Of a DNA stretch of 64,000 bases, positions 26,501 through 38,100 are shown piece after piece. The stretch lies in the NCBI GenBank assembly GCA_024137785.1, contig JAHRHZ010000271.1, positions 25,342,554 to 25,406,553 of the forward strand, given 5' to 3'. Under the pieces are notes generated by a model, which worked only from the letters and a program-made list of their open reading frames with translations, ran no database searches and was not told where the DNA came from. The translations under genes were made by a program, and so were the position numbers. The stretch's first letter is position 1. The number at the start of each line of letters is the position of its first letter. This DNA is from Ginglymostoma cirratum. Its lineage: Eukaryota.

Positions 26501-29084
26501 TGTAAACATCGTGATTTCATTTTGTATGTTTGTTATCCATTACTTTAAAGATAAGAGGCGCTTAGGCAAAATTATACATTTTGTGTGGAGTCCTTTTTTT
26601 TATTGGTATTAAGTGAATTGGTAAGATGTGGATTAGTTTCCTTTTGATTAATTTATGCTTATAATGAATTCTATACATATATATTAATATGAAGTGAATC
26701 ATGTCCCAAAGCTGATTAGCTTAAATGTTCTCTGGAGTGTGCAAGTAGGCAGTCCCTTGGCTCTACTGTAGTTGCAGTTTTGAGGCTTGGTATAATTTTT
26801 CTGCTTGATGAAATGCCTCACGCTGCTGGAACATTCCGCTCACACTTGGTGGCTAGGGAGAAAAATGCCACCTTGCCTGTCCTTAAATTAGCTTTGCTTC
26901 CCATTGGCTCAGTAAGGTGATAGTATTGACATTTTCCTCGGCCACACTACATGCGTGGTGTGATAACAGTCTCTTTACGCTGAATTTGGAAGTGATACAT
27001 CCACTGCTCCACCATTACCATTTCATTTCACAACAGGGAAGCTTGCTTTCTTACTCTGGGCGCGGAAGAACCTGTGATAGCATAGCAATCTAAAAAATAA
27101 ATCTGACATGTATCAGAGATTTTTTTTTCACCTAATCCTACACTATGGATATTTGGCAAAAGCTCATGGACCACTTGGATGTACCATACTGATAAAGCTT
27201 TCGATCAGTGGAAAGATTTTTCTGCTGACTTTTGACAACCCTGTTTAATTATTAGTTATTACCTACTAATGTTAGGCAAACAAGGTTGAAATGTTTGCAA
27301 AGTTCTCGCAATCTTCTCTAAGTATGCATAGTAATTGGCTATAGACAGTGTGTATTCATGTTGCTTTTTCTGTCATACAAATCTAGTAAAATTTCAAAAC
27401 TGAAATTGGACTTTGTGGCAACTCCTCCTATTGTGACTGGAATGACTGAATTGAACATATCCTGATAATCTTACTCCTTTTCCATTACACCTGGAAGGCC
27501 AGCCAAGTTGGTAAGACCTCTGAATTTACAACAGTATTCTGAGCTTTGGCTTGTATTCACATTAATAGGGCTTGTGAGGAGTGTTCTTCTAAGCACTCAG
27601 AAGCACTTGCTGTTGTAATGAGGATTGTAGAGTTTTGCCAGCATTGGGAGAAACTCTGTGCTGAAGCTTGGATTTGAATAGAAGTAAGCGTTCTTGACAG
27701 GAAGACAGAATGGGGGATAAAGAATAAGATGTATGAACTCTAAGCTGCGTGCCAGGATGGGGGTTTGGAATGATGAGGAACTTCAGGAAGTATAGAGACT
27801 AATGCTGTCTTGAGGGACCATGAAAGGAGGAAATTACACAGCTAATGTAATCAATCACTCTAATTCCAGGTGAGTACAATTAGTATCCTCCTAATACCAC
27901 CAAGGGACTATGGTGGTGAACTCCGGAAACCAGCGCTGAGACTCCCTGCACATCTGGGAGATTTTAATTGAACCCACATTAAAAAGTATACCAAGGCAAA
28001 ATTAGACAGAGATGTTGACCTCTATGGAATCCATGATAAATAATTTCTTGGGCGATCACACAAATTGCTGATCTCTGCAGAGGTTTCTTTTAATGATTTC
28101 TGATAGTACTTATTACAGCAGGTAAGCACCTGTTTCCTCAGGAGAAAGATTACTGTGTTCACCTTTTATACTGCGCATCTGAAGGTGGAAATATATCATT
28201 CTGTATCTATATTTTACAAACTAATTAAGTGTGCTTACAACTTGTGTTGTTTCATTGGAACATCTAGTCAATGATCACTAGTTCTGTCTCCAGATATAAA
28301 AAGTGTAACAACATAAAAGTGTGTTCCATAAGCAGAACTGCACTCCAGTCAAAATGCTTTCATGTTTTAACGTATTTTCTTGTGGGACGTAACTAATTTA
28401 TCATCATAAATAGCTGTAACTGTCAGTCAAAAACTTGTAACTGCTCGTAGCTTCTTGAGTGTTCTTTAGATCAAAATACTGCCTTCGCATACTGCTTAAA
28501 TGTCATTTGCCCCATTTGAGTTCCTTGTGGCAACGTAGTTGAGGTTCATTCAACAGAGAGAGTGATCTATGATCAGTTTATTTCCGTAAGTTGCAATTAT
28601 GTCAAAGCATTTGCAGCTAATGTGAAACGGTCATGAAAATTCACAGGGTGAAATGAGGTCAGATATGTTTCTGGTTGAAATAGTCATCTATAATGAATGA
28701 GAAGTGACAAAAATATTGCAGGTGCTGGAGATCTCAGGTAAAGACAGAAAATACTTGAGTTGCTCAAAAGGTCAGGCAGTAACTGTGGAAAGAGAAGTTA
28801 AGCTGAATGCTTCATGCTTCAATTCTTCAGGCCCCTCATGAAAATTAAAATTGGTCCAGCATTTTCTGCAGTTACTCCAATTTTGGCTAAAACTATACAA
28901 CAAAATTCCGAAGTGTCAATAGTTCTCTTACTTAAATCACAACCTAATTCATGAGTGAGAGATTTTCAGACACTCCACGGTATAATAGTATTGCAAACAG
29001 CTAGTTCACGGTTCTCATGTTAGATATAATGTTTATATTCTGGGTTTAGAAAGTCAAAATAGAGAGAATTATGAAACCATACAC

Positions 29085-29320
29085 AAGTGCTGGAGAAATG
29101 CAGCAGATCTGGCAGCATTTGAGAGAAACCAAGTTAACGTTTCAAATTCCAGAATGACTTTTACCTTGTCCTAAGTTTCCACCCACCAAAATATGTATTC
29201 AAAGGATCATTCTCCGTCATTTGCACTACCTTCAGGTTTCCAATACCAAACACATCTTCCCTTTCCCTGTCAGCATTCCACAGAAGCTGTTCCCTCCACA
29301 ACATGCTGATCCTCTGTCAC
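29085..29320. mobile_element. Penelope-like element fragment: terminal repeat plus inverted ORF remnant
   Basis: 29085-29155 is the gctggagaa..cagcagatctggcagcat..gttaacgtttc terminus. 29160-29320 (+) reads approximately LVL.FHP...IQRIILRH...LQ...TKHIFP...SAFHR..SL, the PLE RT/GIY-YIG linker. Confidence 0.65.
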
Positions 29321-29929
29321 TTCTAACATTTTACCCAGCCAAGTATTAGCAGTGTGGAATTGCCCATCATCATATACATAGTGGATAGCATCCACAAACC
29401 AATGTTTCTTGGAGCACCTAGGTGGCACAGCAGACGGTTCCTTGCACGTACGACTGCACATTAATAATTCTGTTATCATGTAAGGACAAAGACCAAACAG
29501 CTTATATGTCCCTAACCACATCCCATCTTGTCTCCCTTTCACAGTAACTGCTACTCTTTCTTCAACATCCATTGTAACCTCTTATTTTATCATTGATAAA
29601 TATGGGCCATCACATACAGGGAAGCCTTCAGATACTTCACAGCAGCCACTTTTGTTTAACAGTATCAAAAGTGAATAGAAAACAAGCAAACAAACAGAAG
29701 TTGCATTTGCCTCATGGAACAGAAATGCTTGCCTTTTGAGCACCAACAATTTTACAGTCAATGCGTGTTCTCTGCATCCAGCTGTCGTTGACTGGAACTG
29801 GGAGTCAATTAAGTCCTTTGAGGCTTGCAGCAGCCAATGCTATATCATGCAGCGCGTAATGTTAGTCTTGCATATTGGCTTCCTTAAGAGAAGACTGTTC
29901 TCATTCTCCCGGCTTGTTATCCACCATCA

Positions 29930-30520
29930 CATACCCTTTTTTCCTCTGGTGCAGTTATGCAGAACACCGCAGGCTAGGATTACATGATGTGCTCCATCTG
30001 GAGTGTACTGCAAGGCCTGCCCAGACTGGCCCAAGCATCAGAAATTCATCTTCAGAAAGTCTATTGGCTGCACCATTATGGCCCTGGCCTCAGTCAGGGG
30101 CTTGAGTAACAGAGTCATTGGCCTGGTTGATGGTGGATATTGCTTATGTCCCAATATATATCCTTGCAAGGCATCTGGATCTTCAATTGCAGCAGGAGTT
30201 CTGAAGAATATAGGCATGGTGGCAAACTTTGAAGACACAGTACCAATGATTGCAGATGACTTGTACATTGATGGAATGAAAGGGCTTTCTGTTGACGAAC
30301 TCAGCTACATTATAATATGCACCTTAAAAAATGATGGGTACAGTCTATTGCACCTTGCACCTTACACCTGGAGGAAGCCAGCTATGCTGCCAAAGTGGAA
30401 TCAAGATGAAGCACTGTGATCTGGCATAAATGGCATTCATAACTGCCTCAATACATTTGCAGGTGGGAGATGAAGGTATCCCGCAGACTCCGCCTGTGAC
30501 TGCTATGAGGTCTTGCTAAT
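29930..30520 (-). pseudogene. Fossil PIF/Harbinger (HARBI1-like) DDE transposase
   Basis: Minus strand, with stops and frameshifts: AVTGGVCGIPSSPTCKCIEAVMNAIYAR, IAGFLQV, GAIDCTH, EFVNRKPFHSINVQVICNH, QGYILGHKQYP, IDFLKMNF*CLGQSGQALQYTP...ILACGVLHN. Confidence 0.85.
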
Positions 30521-32095
30521 GCTTTGCACTTTTTGGCCTGCAGGTGTCTTTCTTTTTTAAGGTCACCTGGAATCGCTTCTGCCTTAAGGATGACTATTAT
30601 CAATCTGCAATGACCAATGGCATGTCAAGATTGCTTGTGACCAGCACTTGCACCCCACACTGATGTGCACTGCATCTATTTCACAAACACGATTATATAA
30701 TTGTAAAGAATTTCGGTCTGTGTTCTGCAAATGCACGATGGATGATGCTACCTTTTGGAGGGCATCCCATCCACAGCTGTGAAGTCTGCATGATGGGGCA
30801 GAAAACGAAAAGAGTCTACCCCTCAGTGTGTACTTGCAGCCGTTTTTGATTTATACTCACGTTTTAGGAGCTAAGAGAATATGGAAGGAAATGAAAGTTT
30901 CACTTGACCTCACTTGTGCCTCTCGGGCTCAGTCTGAAAATCAACATATTCTCCCTCGATCCACCCCACCAAAAAAGACCCTCCACGCCCTTTCCCGCCT
31001 CGCATTCCCTGGACAAGCCATCAACTAATCCCCCACATGTTCCTATCCATAACCTGGATTTATGACTGCAACTCTCATCCATACTCCCTGAGCCCCATCC
31101 TTACAGTTTACTTCTGCCCTCCATCATGTAGCAGCCCCACCCCCACCTCCATCAAGGCTATGGTGATGTTGACTATCAATATCTCCAGCTTGTCCTAAAG
31201 TATCTCATGTCCTCCAATGCAATACCATTTCACTCACTTGAATGCCAAGTTTTTCCCCTGTCACTGTTTTTGTCCCCTCTGCACACCAGGTTGTTGTCTC
31301 CCATTCCTAGCATTGAGTTTCCCCACTTCCATACCCATTGGTAAAACAGCATGTGTTTCATTCTGGTAAAACGCAGGATGGGCTTTGGGTTTTGGATTAT
31401 TTGTCCAGTGACATTACCACTGTGCCACCACCTGCCGTCAGCTGACTGACCATGCCTCAGCCTCTGGATTGATACTGTGTGTACTGGGAAGCCCTGACTG
31501 ATTGGCAGCCCTTCTTGACTTGACTGAAGACTACACCCAGTCAATCTGGGACATGGCCATCTGGTTGAAACACATGCAGTTTCTTTTGCAGTGTCTGTTT
31601 GCACATGCTGTAGGTGTGAGGTTGACATGGAATGATGGAGTGTAGCAATATGTCCACCCACCTTTACACTCAATTTTAATGGGTTACCTGGCTTTGTGCA
31701 TTTACTAAATGGCGAGGCAAGATAGAAGTACAGTGAGTATTTAAGGAGTGGCTTACATGTTGTGGGCATTGAAGTAGGAAAAAAAGTAGGTGAGGTCTAA
31801 GAGAGTGAGCAAGAGATGCAGCTTGGCCCAATATATTTACTGGGTAAGGGACTTTGCAGCAGCATTCTAATAACACTGGTGATTCCAAACAGCAGTATTG
31901 AAGTGCAGAACATGTTGTATGTAGATCGGAGATATATCACGATGTAGTGATGCTGGTATGCGTCAGATTCTGAGGTCTACAGATGTGTTGTATGTGTAGC
32001 CCTGCTCATACAGTGCACGCTGAGTTGTTGGTGCTTAGTGTCAAAGACAGAGGTATGGAAGAACAAGTGACAAGCTGGAATCACCAGGTAACTGC

Positions 32096-32830
32096 GATAA
32101 AGGGTACTGCAGATGCTGGAGAATCCGAGATAACAAGCATGGGGCTGGATGAACACAGCAGGTCAAGCAGCATCATAGGAGCAGGAAAACCTGACATTTC
32201 GGGCCTAGACCCTTCATCAGAAATGGGGGAGGGGAAGAGGGTTCTGAAATAAATAGGGAGAGAGGGGGAGGCGGAAAGAGGATGGATAGAGGAGAGGATA
32301 GGTGGAGAGGAGGCAGACAAGTCGAAGAGGCGCGGGGATGGAGCCAGTAAAGGTGANNNNNNNNNNNNNNNNNNNNNNNNNNNNNNNNNNNNNNNNNNNN
32401 NNNNNNNNNNNNNNNNNNNNNNNNNNNNNNNNNNNNNNNNNNNNNNNNNNNNNNNNNNNNNNNNNNNNNNNNNNNNNNNNNNNNNNNNNNNNNNNNNNNN
32501 NNNNNNNNNNNNNNNNNNNNNNNNNNNNNNNNNNNNNNNNNNNNNNNNNNNNNNNNNNNNNNNNNNNNNNNNNNNNNNNNNNNNNNNNNNNNNNNNNNNN
32601 NNNNNNNNNNNNNNNNNNNNNNNNNNNNNNNNNNNNNNNNNNNNNNNNNNNNNNNNNNNNNNNNNNNNNNNNNNNNNNNNNNNNNNNNNNNNNNNNNNNN
32701 NNNNNNNNNNNNNNNNNNNNNNNNNNNNNNNNNNNNNNNNNNNNNNNNNNNNNNNNGGCCTGAAACGTCAAGTTTTCCTGCTCCTATGATGCTGCTTGAC
32801 CTGCTGTGTTCATCCAGCCCCATGCTTGTT
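32096..32830. mobile_element. Penelope-like insertion with inverted terminal repeats around an assembly gap
   Basis: About 32129-32205 and 32757-32833 are near-identical inverted copies; 16-bp TSD ATCACCAGGTAACTGC at 32080-32095 and 32831-32846. Confidence 0.85.
32357..32756. other. Assembly gap (400 N)
   Basis: run of n. Confidence 1.
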
Positions 32831-34309
32831 ATCACCAGGTAACTGCTCCAGCTTCTATGCCACAAATTGTTGCCTCATTTTTATCTGTGGGCAGGAGAAA
32901 GGGAAACTGCGTATTAATTAGATGAGATTAGGTAATAGTGACTGTGATAAAGAATGACAGTCCTTGCAAATAGCCACTCTTGCTGCTCACTAATGAAGAT
33001 CTCATCTCATTACTAAAACATGATTGGACAACGGGACTTTTGGTCTTGACTTCAAAAGTCCTCACTGGGCATCATGCGCCGTGTTCATCATTGACCACAT
33101 GAAGGGCGGATGATGTTTTGTTTCTTCTTTAATTCTTTCAAAAGATGTGGGTGTTGCCGGCTTGGCCAGCATTTATTGTCTGGTTCTAATTGACTGAGAA
33201 ATTGCCGGTGAGCTGCCGTCCGTGAGGGGTAAGCATGCTCGCAGTACTGTTGGGAAGAGTGTTTTAGGATTTGAGTCCAGTGACAGTTGAAGGATGGTGA
33301 AATTGTTTGAAATCTCAATTTGAGTCCTGTGAGGGAAGAAAAGCTGAAAGATTGACTAGTTCAACATTAGCAGAAAATTTTACACTGGCCCTCAACAGTA
33401 TCTTATGGTGGAAGAAAGTAACCAACAGATTCACTTGGAAGTATTGGTAATGTAACCAGAACAATGCATTAAGGCCTTCACAGTCAAGGGAGGGCAAATT
33501 AGTTTCACCTCTGAAAATAGCTGCTGCCAAAGAAAATTCCTAGAGGATTGTGGTACGTGTGTGGATATGTGGGTGCTCCTTAAAGTGCGTAAGCTTAGTA
33601 CTGATGCCTCTTGTAAAAAAAATTTTGAGGGAAGTAGCAAGAAGAGTGCATAACATATAGTGATAAATTGTATTGTCAAGTTGATAAACAAAACAAGCGT
33701 TAAGTCTTTCTAAAACCTTGTGACCTAATTTGTTTGGTTAAAACAAGGTGGTTAGATTTCTTTTTAAATGTTAATTGTCCCTGACCAGATTGTAATGAAT
33801 GATAAATGGTTAGTCAGTTAGTGATGGAGCCCAACTAAGAGGTAAACAAAATCTGTTTAGAAGTGATTTGTTTTTGATACAGCTAAATAGATTTTTAATT
33901 CTTGTGCATACTAAATTGATTAGTTTAAACATCCTACTAAAATGTTTGTTTTGGCTGCTTTAGTTTGTAATAGCTGCATTTGATTACTATATGTTGCTCT
34001 GACACTGTAAAAGAGACAAAAGTCAATGATCTTGATGTTTCCTGTCCTACTAATAATTAAACTTGGACTGTAACTTAGTTTATGTAAGACTTCAAAGGGT
34101 GTCATTTCTAAATTCCTTGAATTTTTTTTTTTTGCAGTTTCCTTGCCACACTTCCAATGTTATCAACATTCAAAATAATAAGATGAATGTTTATTATATT
34201 TTAGCATGACAAAACCAAATCAGTTTAGAAGTTTTGGTTTTCTGAACAACCTTGACAATCTTCAGTTCACCTAAAAGAAATCTGCTATTATCATATTGCA
34301 CATGAATTC

Positions 34310-34445
34310 TGCTTACTCACCACTCTTGGCCTCTTGACCCATGCCTTCTCATTAGCCTATGTTGCCTCCTGGTCCAGCAATGTCTCAAATTTTAAAATTC
34401 TTGTCTTTGCACCCCTCTATGGCCTTGTCCCACTTTACCTCTAGT
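34310..34445 (+). mobile_element. L2-like LINE 3' fragment (appears to resume near 35180)
   Basis: gcctcctggtccagcaatgtctcaaattttaaaattcttgtc...ctctatggccttgtcccactttacctc, resembling LHWLPV.QR..FKIL...LHGLAPPYL. Confidence 0.5.
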
Positions 34446-34980
34446 GTTTGGCATGTTTGCCTTCATTGGTCATAACATTGCATATATGAGTTGGAATGTC
34501 ATGTTGTGACTATACAGGATGTTGGTGAGGCCACATTTGGAACACTGCGTACAATTCTGGTCACCCTTCTACAGGAAGAAAGTTGTTAAACTTGAGAGGG
34601 TACAGAAAAGTTTTACAAAGATGTTGCCGGGACTGGAGGGTTTGAGTTGCAGGGAGAGGCCGAATAGGCTGGGGCTGTTCTCCCTTGAGCGTCAGAGACC
34701 GAGGGCTGACCTTATAGATGTTTATAAAATCATGAGGGACACAAATAGGACGCATAGCCAAGGTCTTTTCCTTAGATTGGCAAGTCCAAGACTAGAGGAC
34801 ATAGGTTTAAGGTGAGAGGGAAAAGATTTAAAAAGGACCTAAACCTTTTCATGCAGAAAGTGATCCGTGTATGGAATGAGCTGCCAGAGGAAATGGAGGC
34901 TGGTACCATTACAACAGTTAAAAGGCTTCTGGAAGGGTCTATGAATAGAAAAGGTGTCTGTTTCCGTGCTGTATGACTCT
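34446..34980 (+). mobile_element. CR1/HER1-like LINE 3' end
   Basis: ORF 34519-34815 LVRPHLEHCVQFWSPFYRKKVVKLERVQKSFTKMLPGL; tail tctgtttccgtgctgtatgactcta. Confidence 0.9.
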
Positions 34981-34987
34981 ACTGACA

Positions 34988-35168
34988 TGATGTGGAGGTG
35001 CCAGTGTTGGACTGGGGTGGACAAGGTCAAAATTCACACGAGACCAGATTATAGTCCGACAAGTTCATTTGAAAGCACAAGCTTTTGGCATCTCGCTCTC
35101 CGAAAGCTCGTGTTTTCAAATAAACCTGTTGGACTATAACCTGCTGTCGTGTGAATTTTGACCTTGTT
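34988..35168. mobile_element. Penelope-derived hairpin insertion
   Basis: Inverted arms 35021-35088 and 35100-35167; TSD TACTGACA at 34980-34987 and 35169-35176. Confidence 0.75.
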
Positions 35169-38100
35169 TACTGACACCACTGTTTAATCTTGTGCTTTGG
35201 TTTTGGCTTCATTTTGCCTTTTACCCTCATCTTGCCTCACCACTGGTGGCCATTGCCTCTGTCATCTATACAATGGTAATTTATTCTTAATCACCTAAGC
35301 TTCCCATTCTTCCTCAATTGCAACCTCATTTACCAAGCCTTTGTACACTGATGCTGCTTCTTTGACTTCACTTCCATCTATTTTTTCTGATTACTTTTGC
35401 GAAGCATCTTTCTGCATTGGAACTGTGATATAAGTCAAATCATTTTCAACAAGTAATCACTAATGTCCTCCCCTCCTGCAACGGTATTAGCTCTTTGTGT
35501 ATTGTCTTGCAAGCACCCATAATTAACATCGAAGAGAATAAATAAAGGAGATCTCTTTAAGATGGTTAAACATTCTGAGGAGTTTTGAGGTCAGTAGGGA
35601 GAAATGTTTTGACTGTTTGTGAATTGATATCTGCCCAACACACATTTGCAAGAAAAGCAAATTGAGAGAATCTGAAATATTGGTTTTCAAGCAAAGAATA
35701 CGGACTGTCCTGTAAGAAGTATTAACAAAGACAATGATGGGGTAGATTTTTATCTTGCCAGCTGGCAGAAAACCTTGGGACTGTGGATTATCCATCCATT
35801 GGAGACTGAGGGATCTTCATTTCTTCTATGGGCAGAAAATGAAAGCAACAATTGCCTTGGTTAAACTTTGTTTCAAAAAGAACAAAATCCCTTCATCCAA
35901 AATATTAAGTATTATTCTCTCTCAAATATTCAAAAAAGAATCCATGATGTGATTTGTGAAGCCATCCTATGATTTCCTTTTTAAAGCAAAGGTTGGAAAT
36001 GATCTGATCCATGCCAGTACGGTCAATTTTTATGTCTCTTATCCAACATCTTATTAGTTGAAAATATAATACATCTATATTTTTAAAAAATCTTTGGCTA
36101 ACTGTATGTCCTGTTAATAACGTTATTGATGCATTCAACATATTTAAGCTTGAGGTCTTAAATCAGATTTAATTTGAGCTGATACAGTTCAACAGCATTG
36201 ATCTGAACATGGATTCAACAAGAAGAGCATTGCAGAACTTTGTTTTGGAGGCAGTACACTTTGTATGACAGTTATATCCTGGGGGTGTGATTTAAAACAG
36301 TCCCTGGTGTACTATGACATATTAGTGATAAGAACAGTCCTTGATTCTCTTGACAGCCATTAACATACGGATAACACACAGATCACGTACAGATCACAGC
36401 ACTGTGTGGTGAGTGATAGAGTGCTCATCTTCTATTGCCATCATTGTTGATCATGCTGATTTTGTTTTTCTAATGTCAGGGGCCAAAGGTGAAATGATTT
36501 ATCAGCACAGTGATAAAAGATATTTGCCACATAGAAACTTACTGACCCATCATAACAACTACGAAGTATACAGGACGGGGACAGCTGTGACTCCTAGTTG
36601 GAGAACTAAGTACTTTCCTTCCTTGCTGCTTGCATTAGAGTTCTATTTCTATCAGAAGCCTGTCATCGAGGAATGTGTCTTGGTACTGATGTGTTGAATA
36701 TCGAAAACTTCCTCTAAGTACTTTCTAAACATACATATCCCATTTAGAATGTAGTTGCCATTCATTCTGAGATAGTGTCAGTTTGCTTCCATAAAATCCT
36801 TTTCAAACCTCTTTGTCTTTGACTAAAAGGTATTTTTTTCTGTCTATTAAACCGATTACTTAATTTTTAAAATGTTGCTCATGTTTGAGGAATGGTGTGT
36901 GCCATTAAGCTGCAGAAGCTTGTATAGCAAACACTTCATCTTTGAAGTACGTTGCACTTCTGTCTCCATCTGAAAATATTCGATTTGAGAATATTTCAGG
37001 CTGTGAATACTTTTGCACCTCTGAGCCCCATATGTATGCGATTAGTTTATCATTATCACCATATTGAGACCACAGTCACTTTTGCAGGATGAATTGAAGT
37101 GTGTATTTGTCTAAACCTATGTGATGAAAGAACCACTTGGGTGTTAACTGCTGTCATGCGTTTATGTAAGTGCCATGTTCCCGACTGTGGCTAGCACAGC
37201 AGAAGTCCAAAGGACCCTGGTGTTGAAAGTAATGTTTATGCTTTCAAGTGAACACAGATGTTGCACGTATATTCTATCCAGTTTTTGGAAGAGTGTTATG
37301 GAGGCCAGATCAGGACAGGACCGAGCTGTGATAATGCTTGCTGTGGTTGAATAACCTACCAGTCCATTGTTCAGCTAAACTTCAGAAGACTCTTCATTTG
37401 TATGATGGCATTCTTGATGTTTGTCTGCTATAATCTAACTTAAATTGCTACCTTAAGCAGACCGAGTAGTGAGGCAAAATGAGAACGTATTAAATAAAAA
37501 CTCAGAAGGAATAGATAAGTTTCCAATTCAGGTTTTTGTGAGATGAATGGATGTGGAAACTCTTGGGTTTTATTTTCCTTTCCGGGTTTCATTCAGGGCA
37601 CTTTGGAATAAATGAAAATACAGGCTGACTTCTGACTATAACATAACAGTACCTTTTTTTATTCACTCATGAGATCACAGTGTCTCTGGGAAGACTGGTG
37701 TTTGTTGCCTATCCCTATTTGCACTTAGGAGGTGGAAAAGTTGAATTGAGACTTGGAACACAACATTTTAATGCCATGGCTTCCAATTCAAGCTGGAATT
37801 ACATGTTCAAGTGCTTTTCTTTTCACATTTTAAACTACAGTTTCTGGTGAATGTGACTGAAATGGTGCCTTTTTGTTTTAATGCAGACATTAAGACCACT
37901 GTCATCTGAATGATTGACTTATAAAAGTAACACAAACACTGCCATATTCAAAGCTTCCATGTGTGGCCCAGAGCTTTGAGCAAATGAATGGAATAAGTAA
38001 CATACACTTATATGGGGAGATGAAGCGGGTCTTAAATAGCAGGTTAGTTTAGCATCTGTGCAAAAACCATAATTTGCCAAGCAGCTTGTGCAGAATTTGC

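Noticed and set aside
30003-30419. 138-aa plus-strand ORF
   Set aside because: Antisense shadow of the decayed Harbinger transposase.
31230-31769. 179-aa minus-strand ORF next to the Harbinger fossil
   Set aside because: No recognisable domain; cannot be supported as a gene.
32173-32865. Long ORFs of 153-230 aa
   Set aside because: Artefacts of reading through 400 Ns.
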